Source: an uncultured Nitrospiraceae bacterium (GTDB lineage: Bacteria > Nitrospirota > Thermodesulfovibrionia > Thermodesulfovibrionales > SM23-35). From it: a DNA stretch of 64,000 nt. Location: contig CAVSHB010000003.1 in NCBI GenBank assembly GCA_963727775.1, positions 128,001 through 192,000 on the forward strand. Reading direction: 5' to 3'. Below, piece by piece: positions 1 through 10,900 of the stretch. The number at the start of each line of letters is the position of its first letter. Positions within the stretch are counted from its first letter, which is position 1. The notes under the pieces are model-generated. The model worked only from the letters and a program-made list of their open reading frames with translations, was not told the origin of the DNA and did not search any database. The translations under genes were made by a program, and so were the position numbers.

Positions 1-448
1 AGAGAACTTTACAGTCTTTCGCGGACTTTAGAAAATCCTCTGCAGTCTGGATAGTCACCCCTTCAATAAAGTCTTCCTGCTTCAACCCCATCATATCGAC
101 GGTCATCTTACAGGCCACAAACTTTACTCCTTCCAGTTGGGCGACCTCCTGAAGGTCCCCGAGTTCGGGAACATTCGCCTTTGCAATCTTGCTCTTCATC
201 ATCCACGTGGCGACCGACGACATACCCGGAATTGCTCCCATGAAGCCGGGTGGTTGGAATTTGGCGTTCTTTATCCACCCTTTGCGGATGACATTGATCC
301 CCATAAAGGTATAAAATACACTTGTCTCCATTCCCAAACGGTTGGCATTGATACCCAGAATGAGTCCCGGATAGGCGCCGTCAAGGGAATCCTTTGAAGT
401 AATAAACGCAGCCGTTTCCTTCACCTTTTTTTCTTTTTCCTGGTCCAT
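1..448 (-). CDS. DsrE2-like (DsrE/DsrF/DrsH family) sulfur-relay protein, 3' end runs off the window
   Basis: Manual translation from ATG at 448 (GGAGAA RBS): MDQEKEKKVKETAAFITSKDSLDGAYPGLILG...VFYTFMG...GVKFVACKMTVDMMG; FxTFxG and ACxMTxDM motifs. Not in the ORF track. Confidence 0.8.
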   Translation of the reverse strand, partial: MDQEKEKKVKETAAFITSKDSLDGAYPGLILGINANRLGMETSVFYTFMGINVIRKGWIKNAKFQPPGFMGAIPGMSSVATWMMKSKIAKANVPELGDLQEVAQLEGVKFVACKMTVDMMGLKQEDFIEGVTIQTAEDFLKSAKDCKVL

Positions 449-638
449 GTGTGTTTCTCCTTTTGAATTTTTATAATTATTATATCATAAAGTAATTTAA
501 TTCTGTAAAGTCCTTTCAACGGGGTACTGATATTTTTTTGAAGAACTTTACTCTTGTCTTTGCCGCTTTTTTTGGTCCAGGTTGATAAATGACGGCAAAA
601 GAGGGTATATTATGAATTAAATTTTTTGGAGGTGCACT

Positions 639-980
639 ATGCTTAATTTGATAGATATAGCTCATGCAATGGGGCCTGCCCAGGGAGGCGCGGGACAGGG
701 AGGTCCCGGGGGTATGATAGGCAGCCTTGTTCCTTTGGTCCTGATCTTTGTTATTTTTTATTTTCTCCTGATAAGGCCCCAGCAAAAGAAGGCTAAAGAA
801 CATAAGAGCATGATTGATAACCTGAAAAAAGGTGACAAGATTATTACTTCAGGCGGCATGTATGGCGTTATTGAGGCTGTCGGGGCCAATACTGTTACTG
901 TCAAGATCGGCGAAAATGTGAAGGTAAAACTCGGCAAAGCTTATGTTGCTGCGCTGAGAGCAGCTTCTGATGAAGACTAA
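639..980 (+). CDS. yajC: Preprotein translocase subunit YajC
   Basis: FYFLLIRPQQKK...LKKGDKIITSGG motif; upstream of secD. Confidence 0.97.
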   Translation: MLNLIDIAHAMGPAQGGAGQGGPGGMIGSLVPLVLIFVIFYFLLIRPQQKKAKEHKSMIDNLKKGDKIITSGGMYGVIEAVGANTVTVKIGENVKVKLGKAYVAALRAASDED

Positions 981-984
981 AGGG

Positions 985-1090
985 AAATTCCAATACCTGA
1001 CTACGAAACTCTAAACAAATCCCGATGATGTCAAATTCAAAACCGTATAACGAGATGGTTTAGGATTTAGAAATTCGAATTTAGGGATTT
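985..1090. repeat. Degenerate heptamer-unit (AAATTCG/AAATCCG-like) imperfect palindromic intergenic repeat
   Basis: aaattcc..gaaactctaaacaaatcccga..aaattcaaa on the left, mirrored by tttaggatttagaaattcgaatttagggattt on the right. Confidence 0.45.
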
Positions 1091-1109
1091 AATGCTTTAT
1101 GGAGGGTGA

Positions 1110-2732
1110 ATGAAGAAAAAGATTCTCTGGAGATTAATCCTCATAGGTGTGACCGTTATTCTTGCGATCATATTTTTTCTGCCTAATACTCCTGTTTTCC
1201 AGTACACGCCTGAATGGTGGCAGAAAAATATGCCCAATAAAGGTATTGTACTCGGGCTTGACCTCCAGGGAGGCCTGCACCTTGTATTTGAGGTCGAAGG
1301 GGACAAGGCTGTTGAATTAAGTACCGAACGGTATGCGTCAAGATTACGGGACTTGTTTACCAAGAAAAAACTTACTGCTGATGTCGCCGTAAGCGCACTT
1401 ACCATTACCGTGAGCCCGTCTAATATGGAGACAAGGAAGGTTGTCGAAGATAACTATCCCACTTTAATACTCTCTGAGGCTGGGGGAAAGCTTGTCTGTA
1501 AAATGTCCGACAAGGAAGCAAAAAGAATTAAGGACAACGCTGCCGATCAGGCCCTTGAAACAATCCGTAACAGGATTGATCAGTTCGGCGTTGCCGAGCC
1601 GACTATCCACAGGCAGGGGGACAACGAGATTGTTGTCCAGCTGCCGGGCGTTAAAGAGCCGAAGCGCGCCATTGACCTGATCGGAAAGACCGCGCAGCTC
1701 GAGTTCAAGCTTGTAGATGATGAAGCTAAAGTAGCCGCTGAAATTCCACAGTCGGTGCTTCAGGGTGAGGAAGACAATATTTTGAAACAGTTTGCAGAAA
1801 AGATACCCGAAGGCGACGAAATACTTTTTGAAAAGAAGGTCAACAGAGAAACAGGCGCTGTAAGGAAGATCCCCATTCTTCTCAAAAAACAGGCTGCGCT
1901 TACCGGAGACCTTTTAAGTGACGCGAAAGTTAATATCGACTCGCGTTTTAGCGAGCCTTACGTATCGATATCATTCAATGCAGCAGGCGCAAGCCTTTTT
2001 GAAGAAGTAACAGGAGCGAATGTCAAGAAGAGACTGGCGATAATACTTGATAACACAGTGTATTCAGCCCCTGTTATTCAGGAGAAGATCGCGGGAGGAA
2101 ATGCCCAGATAACCGGGAGTTTCACGATGGATGAGGCAAAGGACCTCAGCATTGTATTAAAGGCAGGCGCGCTCCCTGCGCCGCTGAAGATGCTCCAGAA
2201 TGTGACTGTCGGTCCTTCGCTCGGGAGGGACTCTATAGAGGCCGGAAAAATGGCGGGCATAATCGGCACGATTGCGGTCATCATTTTTATGATTTTCTAC
2301 TACAGGCTTTCAGGGGTAATTGCAGACTTTGCCCTGCTTTTGAACATCCTCCTCCTTATGGGCGCCATGGCGTCCCTTAATGCTACCCTTACCTTGCCGG
2401 GCATTGCGGGTATAATCCTTGCCATCGGTATGGCTGTTGACTCTAATGTCCTGATGTTCGAGAGGATGAGGGACGAACTGCGATCGGGAAAAACGCCCAG
2501 ATCAGCGGTAGATTCCGGATATGATAAAGCGTTCTGGACGATCTTTGACTCCCATGTGACAACATTGATAACGGCTGCCGTGCTTTTCCAGTTCGGCACC
2601 GGCCCGATAAAAGGGTTTGCGGTAACGCTTAGCCTTGGTGTTGCAATAAATTTGTTCACAGCTTTGATCGGAACCAAGTCAGTCTTCGACATCATAAACA
2701 GCAAGCGTGAATTAAAGAAACTGAGCATATAG
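1110..2732 (+). CDS. secD: Protein translocase subunit SecD
   Basis: [36 protein letters not shown] motifs. Confidence 0.98.
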   Translation: MKKKILWRLILIGVTVILAIIFFLPNTPVFQYTPEWWQKNMPNKGIVLGLDLQGGLHLVFEVEGDKAVELSTERYASRLRDLFTKKKLTADVAVSALTITVSPSNMETRKVVEDNYPTLILSEAGGKLVCKMSDKEAKRIKDNAADQALETIRNRIDQFGVAEPTIHRQGDNEIVVQLPGVKEPKRAIDLIGKTAQLEFKLVDDEAKVAAEIPQSVLQGEEDNILKQFAEKIPEGDEILFEKKVNRETGAVRKIPILLKKQAALTGDLLSDAKVNIDSRFSEPYVSISFNAAGASLFEEVTGANVKKRLAIILDNTVYSAPVIQEKIAGGNAQITGSFTMDEAKDLSIVLKAGALPAPLKMLQNVTVGPSLGRDSIEAGKMAGIIGTIAVIIFMIFYYRLSGVIADFALLLNILLLMGAMASLNATLTLPGIAGIILAIGMAVDSNVLMFERMRDELRSGKTPRSAVDSGYDKAFWTIFDSHVTTLITAAVLFQFGTGPIKGFAVTLSLGVAINLFTALIGTKSVFDIINSKRELKKLSI

Positions 2733-2740
2733 GAGAATAC

Positions 2741-3652
2741 ATGATAGAGCTGATCAAAAACCCCAATATTAATTTTCTAGGCAAGCGGAATATAGCTTTT
2801 GCCTTTTCAGGAATTCTATGCGTTATAGGTATTATTGCTATAATCCAGATAGCGACAGGCCATGCAAACCTTGGAATAGATTTTGCCGGGGGGACCGCCA
2901 TACAGTTCAAGTTTGAAAAACCGATTGCGCTGCACAACGTAAGGCTTGCCCTCGAAAGCGGAGGGTTAAAAGACTTTGACCTTCAGGATCTGCCTTCAGA
3001 GAATAAGATCCTTATCCGGGTCAAGAAGACTGACCAGGAACTCGGTAAGGTTTCCGATGCTATCACAACCATATTAAGTCAGAAATTACCGGATAACAAA
3101 TACGTGGTCGATTCAACTACCTTCATCGGGCCCAAAGTCGGAGGCAGGCTGAGGGCTGATGCGGCAAAGGCTGTAGCTGTTGCCGTTATCGGGATACTTA
3201 TCTACGTGGCGTTCAGGTTCCAGTTCAAGTTCGGCGTGGGCGCCACAATCGCGACCTTCCACGATGTGCTGGCTGTGCTCGGTATATTTTATCTTATGGG
3301 TAAAGAGATTAATCTCATTTTGATAACGGCGTTGCTTACCGTAGCAGGTTATTCACTTACTGATACGGTGGTCGTCTTCGACAGAATACGTGAAAACCTA
3401 AAAGCGAGACAGCGGGAAGATGTTGAAACTGTCATGAACAGCAGTGTCAATGAAGTACTGTCAAGAACAATTATAACCTCCACAACCGTTCTCCTCACAT
3501 CTATAGCGCTTTTTTTCTTCGGAGGCGAAGTCATCCATGACTTCTCACTGGCCATGGTAATGGGCGTTATTGTCGGGACGTATTCCTCTGTATTTGTTGC
3601 AAGCCCGATAGTGCTCATTTGGGGAGGGAAAAGACCGTTTGCGAATAAATAA
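2741..3652 (+). CDS. secF: Protein translocase subunit SecF
   Basis: LGIDFAGG, GYSLTDTVVVFDRIRE, GTYSS motifs. Confidence 0.98.
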   Translation: MIELIKNPNINFLGKRNIAFAFSGILCVIGIIAIIQIATGHANLGIDFAGGTAIQFKFEKPIALHNVRLALESGGLKDFDLQDLPSENKILIRVKKTDQELGKVSDAITTILSQKLPDNKYVVDSTTFIGPKVGGRLRADAAKAVAVAVIGILIYVAFRFQFKFGVGATIATFHDVLAVLGIFYLMGKEINLILITALLTVAGYSLTDTVVVFDRIRENLKARQREDVETVMNSSVNEVLSRTIITSTTVLLTSIALFFFGGEVIHDFSLAMVMGVIVGTYSSVFVASPIVLIWGGKRPFANK

Positions 3653-3659
3653 GTACTCA

Positions 3660-3739
3660 GGCAGTCGGGGGTCCAAGGATTCAAGTGATGGAACGCTTTT
3701 TCACCTTGGACCCTATGAACCCTTGGATCCCTGAAACCT
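3660..3739. repeat. Octamer-unit palindromic repeat (GGGTCCAA/GGATTCAA ... TTGGACCC/TTGGATCC)
   Basis: ggggtccaaggattcaagtga...tcaccttggaccctatgaacccttggatccctgaaacc between secF and recJ. Confidence 0.6.
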
Positions 3740-3749
3740 TCTCTCCGCC

Positions 3750-5468
3750 ATGCATCGGCGCTGGCTTGTCAACAGGACCAAACCGGAATATATACAATAC
3801 TTATCCAAGACCGCATCCATTTCTCCCCTCATGGCCCAAATACTCATTAACAGGGGCATTAAGACATCAGGGGAAATAGATTGTTTCCTTAATCCGATCA
3901 TTTCCCAGCTATCCGATCCTTTTGAATTGGCAGGTATTAAAACCGCTGTCGACAGGATTGTGACTGCGTCAAAACACGGAGAGAAGGTGCTTGTCCACGG
4001 TGATTATGACGCCGACGGCCTTACGGCAACCGCAATAATGCTTAAGGCATTAAAACAAACAGGTATTGACGCCTGCCATTTTATTCCAAACAGGATGGAG
4101 CACGGCTACGGTTTTACCGCGGCGTCTGCGAAAAAGGCTAAACAGATGGGCGTCGGTCTCTTGATAACAGTCGACTGCGGCATAACCTCATTTGAAGCCG
4201 CGTCTTTATGCAAGACAATGGGAATTGATGTCATTATAACCGACCACCACGAACCGGTTTCGTCGGCAATGAAAGGGTCGGAAGGAGAAGACTTCAGATT
4301 GCCGGATGCCTTGGCCGTCATCAATCCAAAAACCTTCAGTCTCCTGTCTCCGGTATCTAATCTTTCCGGCGCGGGTGTTGCATTTAAACTTGCGCACGCT
4401 TTGGCCGTGGTCCACAATTCAGAGTCCGAGGTTTATGATTTTTTGGACCTTGCAGCCCTCGGCACAATGGCTGATGTTGTTCCGTTGACAGGCGAAAACA
4501 GGATCATCGTAAAAGAAGGATTGAAGGTAATGGAGAATGGGGCAAGGCTTGGGTTACAGGCGCTGCAAAGGTTTGCGGGGATTGAAGGGAAAAGGCTTAA
4601 AACAGGTCTGCTTTTATTTACAATAATCCCCAGGATCAATGCGGCCGGAAGGATTTCCGACCCCAACAATGTTCTCAATCTGCTGCTTACCGATTCAGAG
4701 GATGAGGCGAATGAGTTGTCATCCTGGCTGGACAGATTGAATTCAGAGAGACAGAAGATAGAAGAAGAAGTTTATCAGGAAGCCGTCTCCATGCTCAACT
4801 CGAGGGATATGCGTCAGGTTATTGTACTCTCGTCCGAAGGATGGCATAAAGGTGTCATTGGTATCGTAGCATCAAGGATTGCGGAAGAGTTCTACCGGCC
4901 CGCATTCATTCTTTCCGTAGAAGGAGCAGTTGCCAGGGGATCGGCAAGAAGTATCCCTTCTTTTGATATATATAATGCGCTCACCGGTTGCAAAGAATTC
5001 CTGAAGGGTTTCGGCGGGCATAAGCAGGCCGCAGGCCTGGAATTGGATGCCGGGAACATTTCTTCTTTTGATGATTGCATAAACAGGATCGCATATGAGA
5101 CCCTCTCTGAAAAAGATTATATCCCCTCCCTTGAAATAGATGCAGATGTGGAGTTCTCGGACATCAGTTTTGATCTCATCAAAGAATTAGAGTTGCTTGA
5201 ACCATTTGGTTTTGGCAACTTGGAGCCGTTTTTTGGATCAAAAGGACTCGATGTTCTTTATCCGAGGATACTTAAAAATAATCATCTCAAGATGAAACTC
5301 AGGCAGAAAAACAGGGCTATCGATGCGATAGGATTTAATATGGCAGCGTCTTTTGATAAGATCGCTGTCGCAACAAAGGTCGATGCCGTATTTTCTCCGC
5401 ATGTTAATGAATGGGAGGGGGTCAGAAGCCTGCAGCTTAATCTGAAAGCATTAAGGCCAAGCCGATAA
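3750..5468 (+). CDS. recJ: Single-stranded-DNA-specific exonuclease RecJ
   Basis: GDYDADG, TVDCG, TDHH (DHH), PRINAAGR, GGHKQAAG motifs. Confidence 0.97.
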   Translation: MHRRWLVNRTKPEYIQYLSKTASISPLMAQILINRGIKTSGEIDCFLNPIISQLSDPFELAGIKTAVDRIVTASKHGEKVLVHGDYDADGLTATAIMLKALKQTGIDACHFIPNRMEHGYGFTAASAKKAKQMGVGLLITVDCGITSFEAASLCKTMGIDVIITDHHEPVSSAMKGSEGEDFRLPDALAVINPKTFSLLSPVSNLSGAGVAFKLAHALAVVHNSESEVYDFLDLAALGTMADVVPLTGENRIIVKEGLKVMENGARLGLQALQRFAGIEGKRLKTGLLLFTIIPRINAAGRISDPNNVLNLLLTDSEDEANELSSWLDRLNSERQKIEEEVYQEAVSMLNSRDMRQVIVLSSEGWHKGVIGIVASRIAEEFYRPAFILSVEGAVARGSARSIPSFDIYNALTGCKEFLKGFGGHKQAAGLELDAGNISSFDDCINRIAYETLSEKDYIPSLEIDADVEFSDISFDLIKELELLEPFGFGNLEPFFGSKGLDVLYPRILKNNHLKMKLRQKNRAIDAIGFNMAASFDKIAVATKVDAVFSPHVNEWEGVRSLQLNLKALRPSR

Positions 5469-5499
5469 CAAAAAGCCGAAGATTATTCAGCCATTTAAT

Positions 5500-6102
5500 T
5501 AAATTATATACCCCGCTGTCTCTGCGGCGGGGAAACCGTGAACCCCCTTTTGAAAAGGGGGTTTGGGGGATTATAATGCTGTTACAATGGAACTGGGAAA
5601 GAGGCCTCATGCGGTCTATAAGATTCGATACCATTTGGTGACTGCTGTAAAGTACCGTAAGGTTTTGTTGAATGAGGAAGTTGAGAAATGTATCAGAGAG
5701 ACAATGAGGGGAATTACTGAACGGTACAATATTGTAATCGATGAAATTGGATTTGATGAGGATCAAATACATATCTTCTGCGGTGCTCAACCGCAATATA
5801 GCCCGAGTCAGGTGCTGAACGTAATTAAGTCGATAACGGCGAAACGAGTATTCGAAGAATTTCCGAAGATGAAGAAAGTAGAATTGTGGGGTGGAGAATT
5901 CTGGAGTGACGGCAAGGACATAGGAACGGTCGGGGATGCAACAAATGAAGAAGTGATTAAGCGATACATAAGGAATCAGACTTTGGATAAGTCTGAAATA
6001 GAGCGGCGCACAGGTCAGCTAAAACTGTTCAAAATTTAAAGATGCCATCGCTGGTGAGAGTTTTCCGAGATACCCCGCCGTCTCTGCGGCGGGGAGGTTC
6101 AT
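5500..6102 (+). mobile_element. IS200/IS605-family insertion sequence (IS200 type, tnpA only, no tnpB)
   Basis: Near-identical subterminal hairpins CCCCGC(T/C)G-TCTCTG-CGGCGGGG at 5511-5532 and 6073-6094 flank a Y1 transposase; the right end finishes in TTCAT (6098-6102). The left boundary is inferred just after TAAT (5496-5499). Confidence 0.85.
5587..6039 (+). CDS. tnpA: IS200/IS605 Y1 (HUH) transposase TnpA, HUH motif degenerate (QIH)
   Basis: YHLVTAVKYRK, KSITAK, LWGGEFWSDG, YIRNQ; ATG at 5587 preferred over the TTG at 5563. Confidence 0.9.
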   Translation: MELGKRPHAVYKIRYHLVTAVKYRKVLLNEEVEKCIRETMRGITERYNIVIDEIGFDEDQIHIFCGAQPQYSPSQVLNVIKSITAKRVFEEFPKMKKVELWGGEFWSDGKDIGTVGDATNEEVIKRYIRNQTLDKSEIERRTGQLKLFKI

Positions 6103-6251
6103 TCATAAAATTTGCGGATGCCGACAGATACAGTATTTGCGCTCATTCTCGGCCCGATACGGATCGGGCCTCCGAGGTAAATTCTTTCGAAGAAAGAATT
6201 TAAACCCGCTTAAATACTGTATTTGTCGATTTTACGAATAGTGCGGATTAG
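6103..6251 (+). repeat. T-shaped palindromic element, copy 1 (MITE-like or structured RNA)
   Basis: Long stem CGACAGATACAGTATTT/AAATACTGTATTTGTCG enclosing two hairpins; highly similar to the reverse complement of 20566-20720. Confidence 0.85.
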
Positions 6252-6690
6252 GGGGTAGTGCAACGATAGAAAACCAGAAAATATTGATAGCTTTGACGAC
6301 GTCTAAAAAGCCTTCGAGACTGAGAGGTTTGATAATGTAACAGTTCGCGTGGAGATTATATGCGTTAAAAATATCCTGCTCGGCCCTTGAGGTTGACAGG
6401 ATTATTACGGGGATGCGCTTCAGCTGCGGGTCTTTTTTAATTTCTGCCAAGACCTCCAGACCATTCTTTTTAGGCAGATTAAGATCAAGAAATATGATAT
6501 CCGGACGTTCAGCGGCGGCATACTTTTCTTCATTCCGCAGGTATGCAATGGCTTCCACCCCGTCATTAACAACATTCAGGTAATTGGGGATATTGCTTTC
6601 TTCCAAAGATTCTTTTGTAAGGCGCACATCTCCGGGGTTGTCTTCCACCAATAAGATATTAACAATCTTGTCGGCTATTATTCCGTTCAT
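6232..6690 (-). CDS. Single-domain response regulator (Rcp1-like receiver)
   Basis: ILLVEDNPGD, DLNLPKKNG, STS, ANCYIIKP, FW..IV.LP. Confidence 0.92.
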   Translation of the reverse strand: MNGIIADKIVNILLVEDNPGDVRLTKESLEESNIPNYLNVVNDGVEAIAYLRNEEKYAAAERPDIIFLDLNLPKKNGLEVLAEIKKDPQLKRIPVIILSTSRAEQDIFNAYNLHANCYIIKPLSLEGFLDVVKAINIFWFSIVALPPNPHYS

Positions 6691-6808
6691 ATTTCCTCTC
6701 TATAGCCAATTATGCTAAAAGAAAATATCGAATATTGTCTATTGTGGCAAGCGTAACGGCGACTTAATATGTTGTTATAAGTAAAAAGCATATCTGTAAA
6801 AGTTAAAT

Positions 6809-6824
6809 AGCAAGAGAGATGCCA
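6809..6824 (-). promoter_or_regulatory. Sigma54 (-24/-12) promoter for the response regulator
   Basis: Minus strand TGGCAT-CTCTC-TTGCT, about 120 nt upstream of the ATG. Confidence 0.7.
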
Positions 6825-7101
6825 GATACAAGTTCTTGATTTTAATGGCTTAAAAGTAACCTATAGTTTTTGTTATGGGCAATTTGCACCTTGAGTGTGT
6901 CATATTGCCTTATTTAAGCATATTGTTGCACTCTCACAAAAAAAACGGCGCGCTGCTACGACTTTACCTCTGCTGAGATAGTGATATAATTAAACTCAAA
7001 GGATAATACAGCGCCATATCTCTATAGTTGGAAGGGGCGTACAAGTTTTATATTTTGAGGTTCAAGGCCTAACAAAAATACAAAGCAAAAGGAGAAGGTC
7101 C

Positions 7102-7935
7102 ATGAAAATGACAGCATATGTCTCTATATTGATCGCGGTTTTAATTCTTTGTTCTGCTCAGACGCCCGCCGCTTCTTCATCACTGCTTGTGCAAGAACCG
7201 TCTTTGCAAGATCAGGATACAAAAACTACTGTGGAAAAAGAAAACAAATCGGAACCGGCAAAGGGACCGCAACAAAAAACTGCCGATACCGGGACGGATG
7301 TTAATGCAGGACAGAAAGAAGAAGAGGGTCCGCGGGTCGCGGACCCCCTGTACCCGTGGAACAAGGCAATGTACCACTTCAATGACAAGTTCTATTTTTG
7401 GGTAATGAAGCCTGTTGCGCAGGGATATTCTTCAGTTGTTCCTGAAGATGTCAGACTTTCGGTCAGCAACTTTTTTCGAAACCTTACTACGCCGGTCCGC
7501 TTTGTGAGCAATCTTTTGCAGCTCAAAATAAAAAATGCGGGGAATGAACTCGTCCGTTTTGTTTACAACAGTACAGCCGGTGTCGGCGGTCTTGCCGATA
7601 CTGCAAAGACTGATCTGCATATTCGGCGTCATGATGAAGACCTTGGCCGGACATTCGGCGCCTACGGCATAGGACACGGATTTTACATCGTATGGCCTGT
7701 TCTCGGCCCCTCTTCCCTGCGTGATTCAGTGGGACTGGTCGGAGACACATTCCTGAACCCGGTGAGTTACGTACAACCTATTGAAGCAGCTATAGGGATT
7801 GCCGCATACGATATGGTTAACGAGACATCATTTCATATAGGGGATTACGAGGACCTCAAAAAATCAGCGGTTGATCCTTATATTTCTATCCGTGACGCTT
7901 ATATCCAGTATAGAAAAAACGAGTTGGAAGAATAA
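7102..7935 (+). CDS. mlaA: MlaA/VacJ family protein
   Basis: DPLYPWNKAMYHFND, NSTAGVGGL, EDLGRTFG.YG, PVLGPSSLRD, DPY.SIRDAY. Confidence 0.92.
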   Translation: MKMTAYVSILIAVLILCSAQTPAASSSLLVQEPSLQDQDTKTTVEKENKSEPAKGPQQKTADTGTDVNAGQKEEEGPRVADPLYPWNKAMYHFNDKFYFWVMKPVAQGYSSVVPEDVRLSVSNFFRNLTTPVRFVSNLLQLKIKNAGNELVRFVYNSTAGVGGLADTAKTDLHIRRHDEDLGRTFGAYGIGHGFYIVWPVLGPSSLRDSVGLVGDTFLNPVSYVQPIEAAIGIAAYDMVNETSFHIGDYEDLKKSAVDPYISIRDAYIQYRKNELEE

Positions 7936-7942
7936 TACATTA

Positions 7943-10900
7943 TCAAACCTCACACCATTCTTTTGCATTCTGAAACAGTCTAAGCCAGGGAGATGCTTTA
8001 AGGGTGTTCTTCCATTTCTCGGGCATATATGCCCACTGCCATTTAAGAAATGTCCTCTCAGGATGGGGCATCATCGCAAAATGTCTGCCGTCCGGAGAAC
8101 ACAAGGCTGTTATGCCTGAAGGAGAGCCGTTTGGATTAAACGGATACACCTCCGTGAACTTACTATTGTCATCAACAAATCGGATGGGCGCAAGATTTTT
8201 TTCAAGGACTTCCATCAAAATGTCTTTTTTCGGAAAATGGAGCCTCCCTTCGCCATGGGCGACCCATATGCCTAAGGTGGAACCTTCCATGCCCTTCAGC
8301 ATTATAGAAGGGCTCTTTACAATATGGACGGTCGAGAATCTCGATTCAAACCTGCCCGATCTGTTCTGGATGAACCTCGGCTGGATATTATCGGTTAGGC
8401 CCTTCCAGGGAATCCATCCGAGCAATGCCATCAGCTGACAGCCGTTGCATACGCCGAAGCTGAAGGTATCAGGCCTTTCATAGAATTTCAGGAATTGCTC
8501 GTATATTCGTTTGTTGAACCTGATTACACCTGCCCACCCTTTAGCTGAATCAAGGACATCCGCATAACTGAAGCCCCCCACAAAGGCAATCCCCCTGAAG
8601 CTATCGAGGTCTGTGTTTTTTTCAATAAGGTCTGTCATGGTAATATCCCAGACTTCAAAGCCGGCATGATAAAAGGCAGAGATCATTTCACGGTCTCCGT
8701 TGCTCCCTTCTTCCCGTAAGACTGCCACCCTTGGTTTCCTGTCTGTTTTGAGAAATGCCCGATGAGTAGTCTCAGGAGAAAATGAGACGGAATATTCGGG
8801 TCCTTTCCTGTCAAGACTCACGTTATTTTCCTCATCAACACAATCAGGATTTGCCTGAAGCCTGTCGAGGTGATAACTCGTTTTTTCCCAGATTGCCCTA
8901 AGGACTCTCATATCTTCTTCCAAAACGGATCGCCCATTTATGTTTATAGCGATTTCCTTTTCGACTGTTGTATTACCGATTACCTGATAAGGTATATCAT
9001 TTTTTTTGAGGTAATTCGTTATTCTTTTTTCGTTCTCCGGCAAGTACTCAATCACTAATCCGAGTTCTTCAGAAAATAAAAGTGAAAGTTCAAGGATGCC
9101 TCCCGTCCCCCCTTCCTTACCAAGGGGGGGCTGGGAGGGTAAAGTCGCATCTATGTTTATCTCTATACCACAATTGCCTCCGAAAGCCATCTCAAGAAGT
9201 GTAACGATTAATCCCCCATCGCTTCGGTCGTGGCCGGAAAGAATAATGTTCTTTGAGATAAATTTCTGTACACAGTTAAAAGTTTTTTTGAGAAGATTTG
9301 AATCTTCGATGTCCGGGGATTCATTCCCTATCTGACCGTAAACATGCGCTAAAGCAGTACCTCCCAGCCTGTATCTGCCGTTGCCGAGATCTATGTAGAT
9401 CAACCTGCTTTCACCTGGTCTCTTAATATCAGGAGAGATAACTTTTGTAATATCGGGGCATGTGACATATGCGGAAATGACAAGGCTTCCGGGGGCTTTT
9501 ACTATTTCTGTTTTACCCGACGGACCAACGACCTTAGCGGCCATGGAGAGACTGTCCTTCCCGCCGTCGATCGCAATGCCGAGCTCAATTAAAACATCTC
9601 TTAATGCTGTGGCAGCGTCATGAAGTCTTGCGCCTTCACCGGGAAGCTTTGCCGCCCACATCCAGTTGCCGGAGCATTTAATATCTTCAAGGGCGCTCAC
9701 CTTTGCCCACATGAGGTTCGTTATAGCCTCACCGACACTCATCCGGGCCATTGCCTGAGGGCTAATGAGACCCTTAATCGGTTGTTCGCCGACCGCGATT
9801 GCCGCTCCTGTCAATCCAAAATGACTCTGGCTTATGACTGCAACGTCCGACAACGTTAATTGCAAAGGACCGACACACTGCTGTTGGGCTATAAGCCCGG
9901 TAACAGACCTGTCGACTTTATTTGTAAGGAACCTTTTGGATCCGACTGAAACAAGGCGCAGTACTTTGTCGAGAGCCTCTCTGCTTGAGATATCCTCGGG
10001 CATCCTTAGAAGCTCAAGCTCAGGTTTTATTCTTTCTATTGTAAATGTCTTTTGCGGCATTTCGCCGAGGACTTTTGACAGATCGAGGTTCACGGGTGAA
10101 CTCCCATCCGTTTCATCATGAAGGACAATATAACCGGCTCCTGTTATCTCCCCGATGAAGGAACAGGGGACCTTTTCCCGCCGGCAGAGAGTGAGAAAAG
10201 CTTCTTTTTTCTCGGGCTTTAAAAGCAACGCATCCAGTTCCTGGTATTCAGCGCCCCATATCTCAAGCACTGAAAGGGTATCATCGCCGAGTTGAATACT
10301 CCTGATTTCTATCTTGGCGCCGGCGGGATAAATGATTTCTTTCACAACATTGCAGTTGCCGCCCGCGCCCTGGTCATGTATGCTGATGATAGGGTTCTTA
10401 TTCCCCATCTCAACACATGCCCTTATGACCCTGTTTACCTTCTGCTCCATTTCCGCATCACCGCGCTGTACTGCGCTGAAATCAAGCTCGGCTATGTTTT
10501 CTCCCTGTATCATGCTCGATGCTGATCCGCCGCCGATCCCGATCCTGTAAGCAGGGCCGCCGATCTTTACCACCAGCATCCCTTTCCGGGGTTCACCTTT
10601 TTCAATATGACCGCCGTTTATCTGTCCGATACCGCCCGTGAACATTATCGGTTTGATCCATTCTCTTCTCTCACCGTACGGCAACCTTAAACCGAAAGAT
10701 CTTGTAAAACCCTGTATCACCGGTTCGCCGAATTTATTCCCGTAATCGGATGCGCCATTGCTTGCCTCTATCTCTATCTGCAGCGGTGAGGCAAGGTTTG
10801 AGGGATATTCAAACGACAGGTCTTCCCAGGGCAGAACATAACCGGGGATTTGCAGATTACCTACACAATATGCGGCGGTACCGGCCACGACTAAGCTTCC

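Noticed and set aside
6692..6720. dif-like site (TTATGCTAAAA)
   Set aside because: No credible XerC arm.
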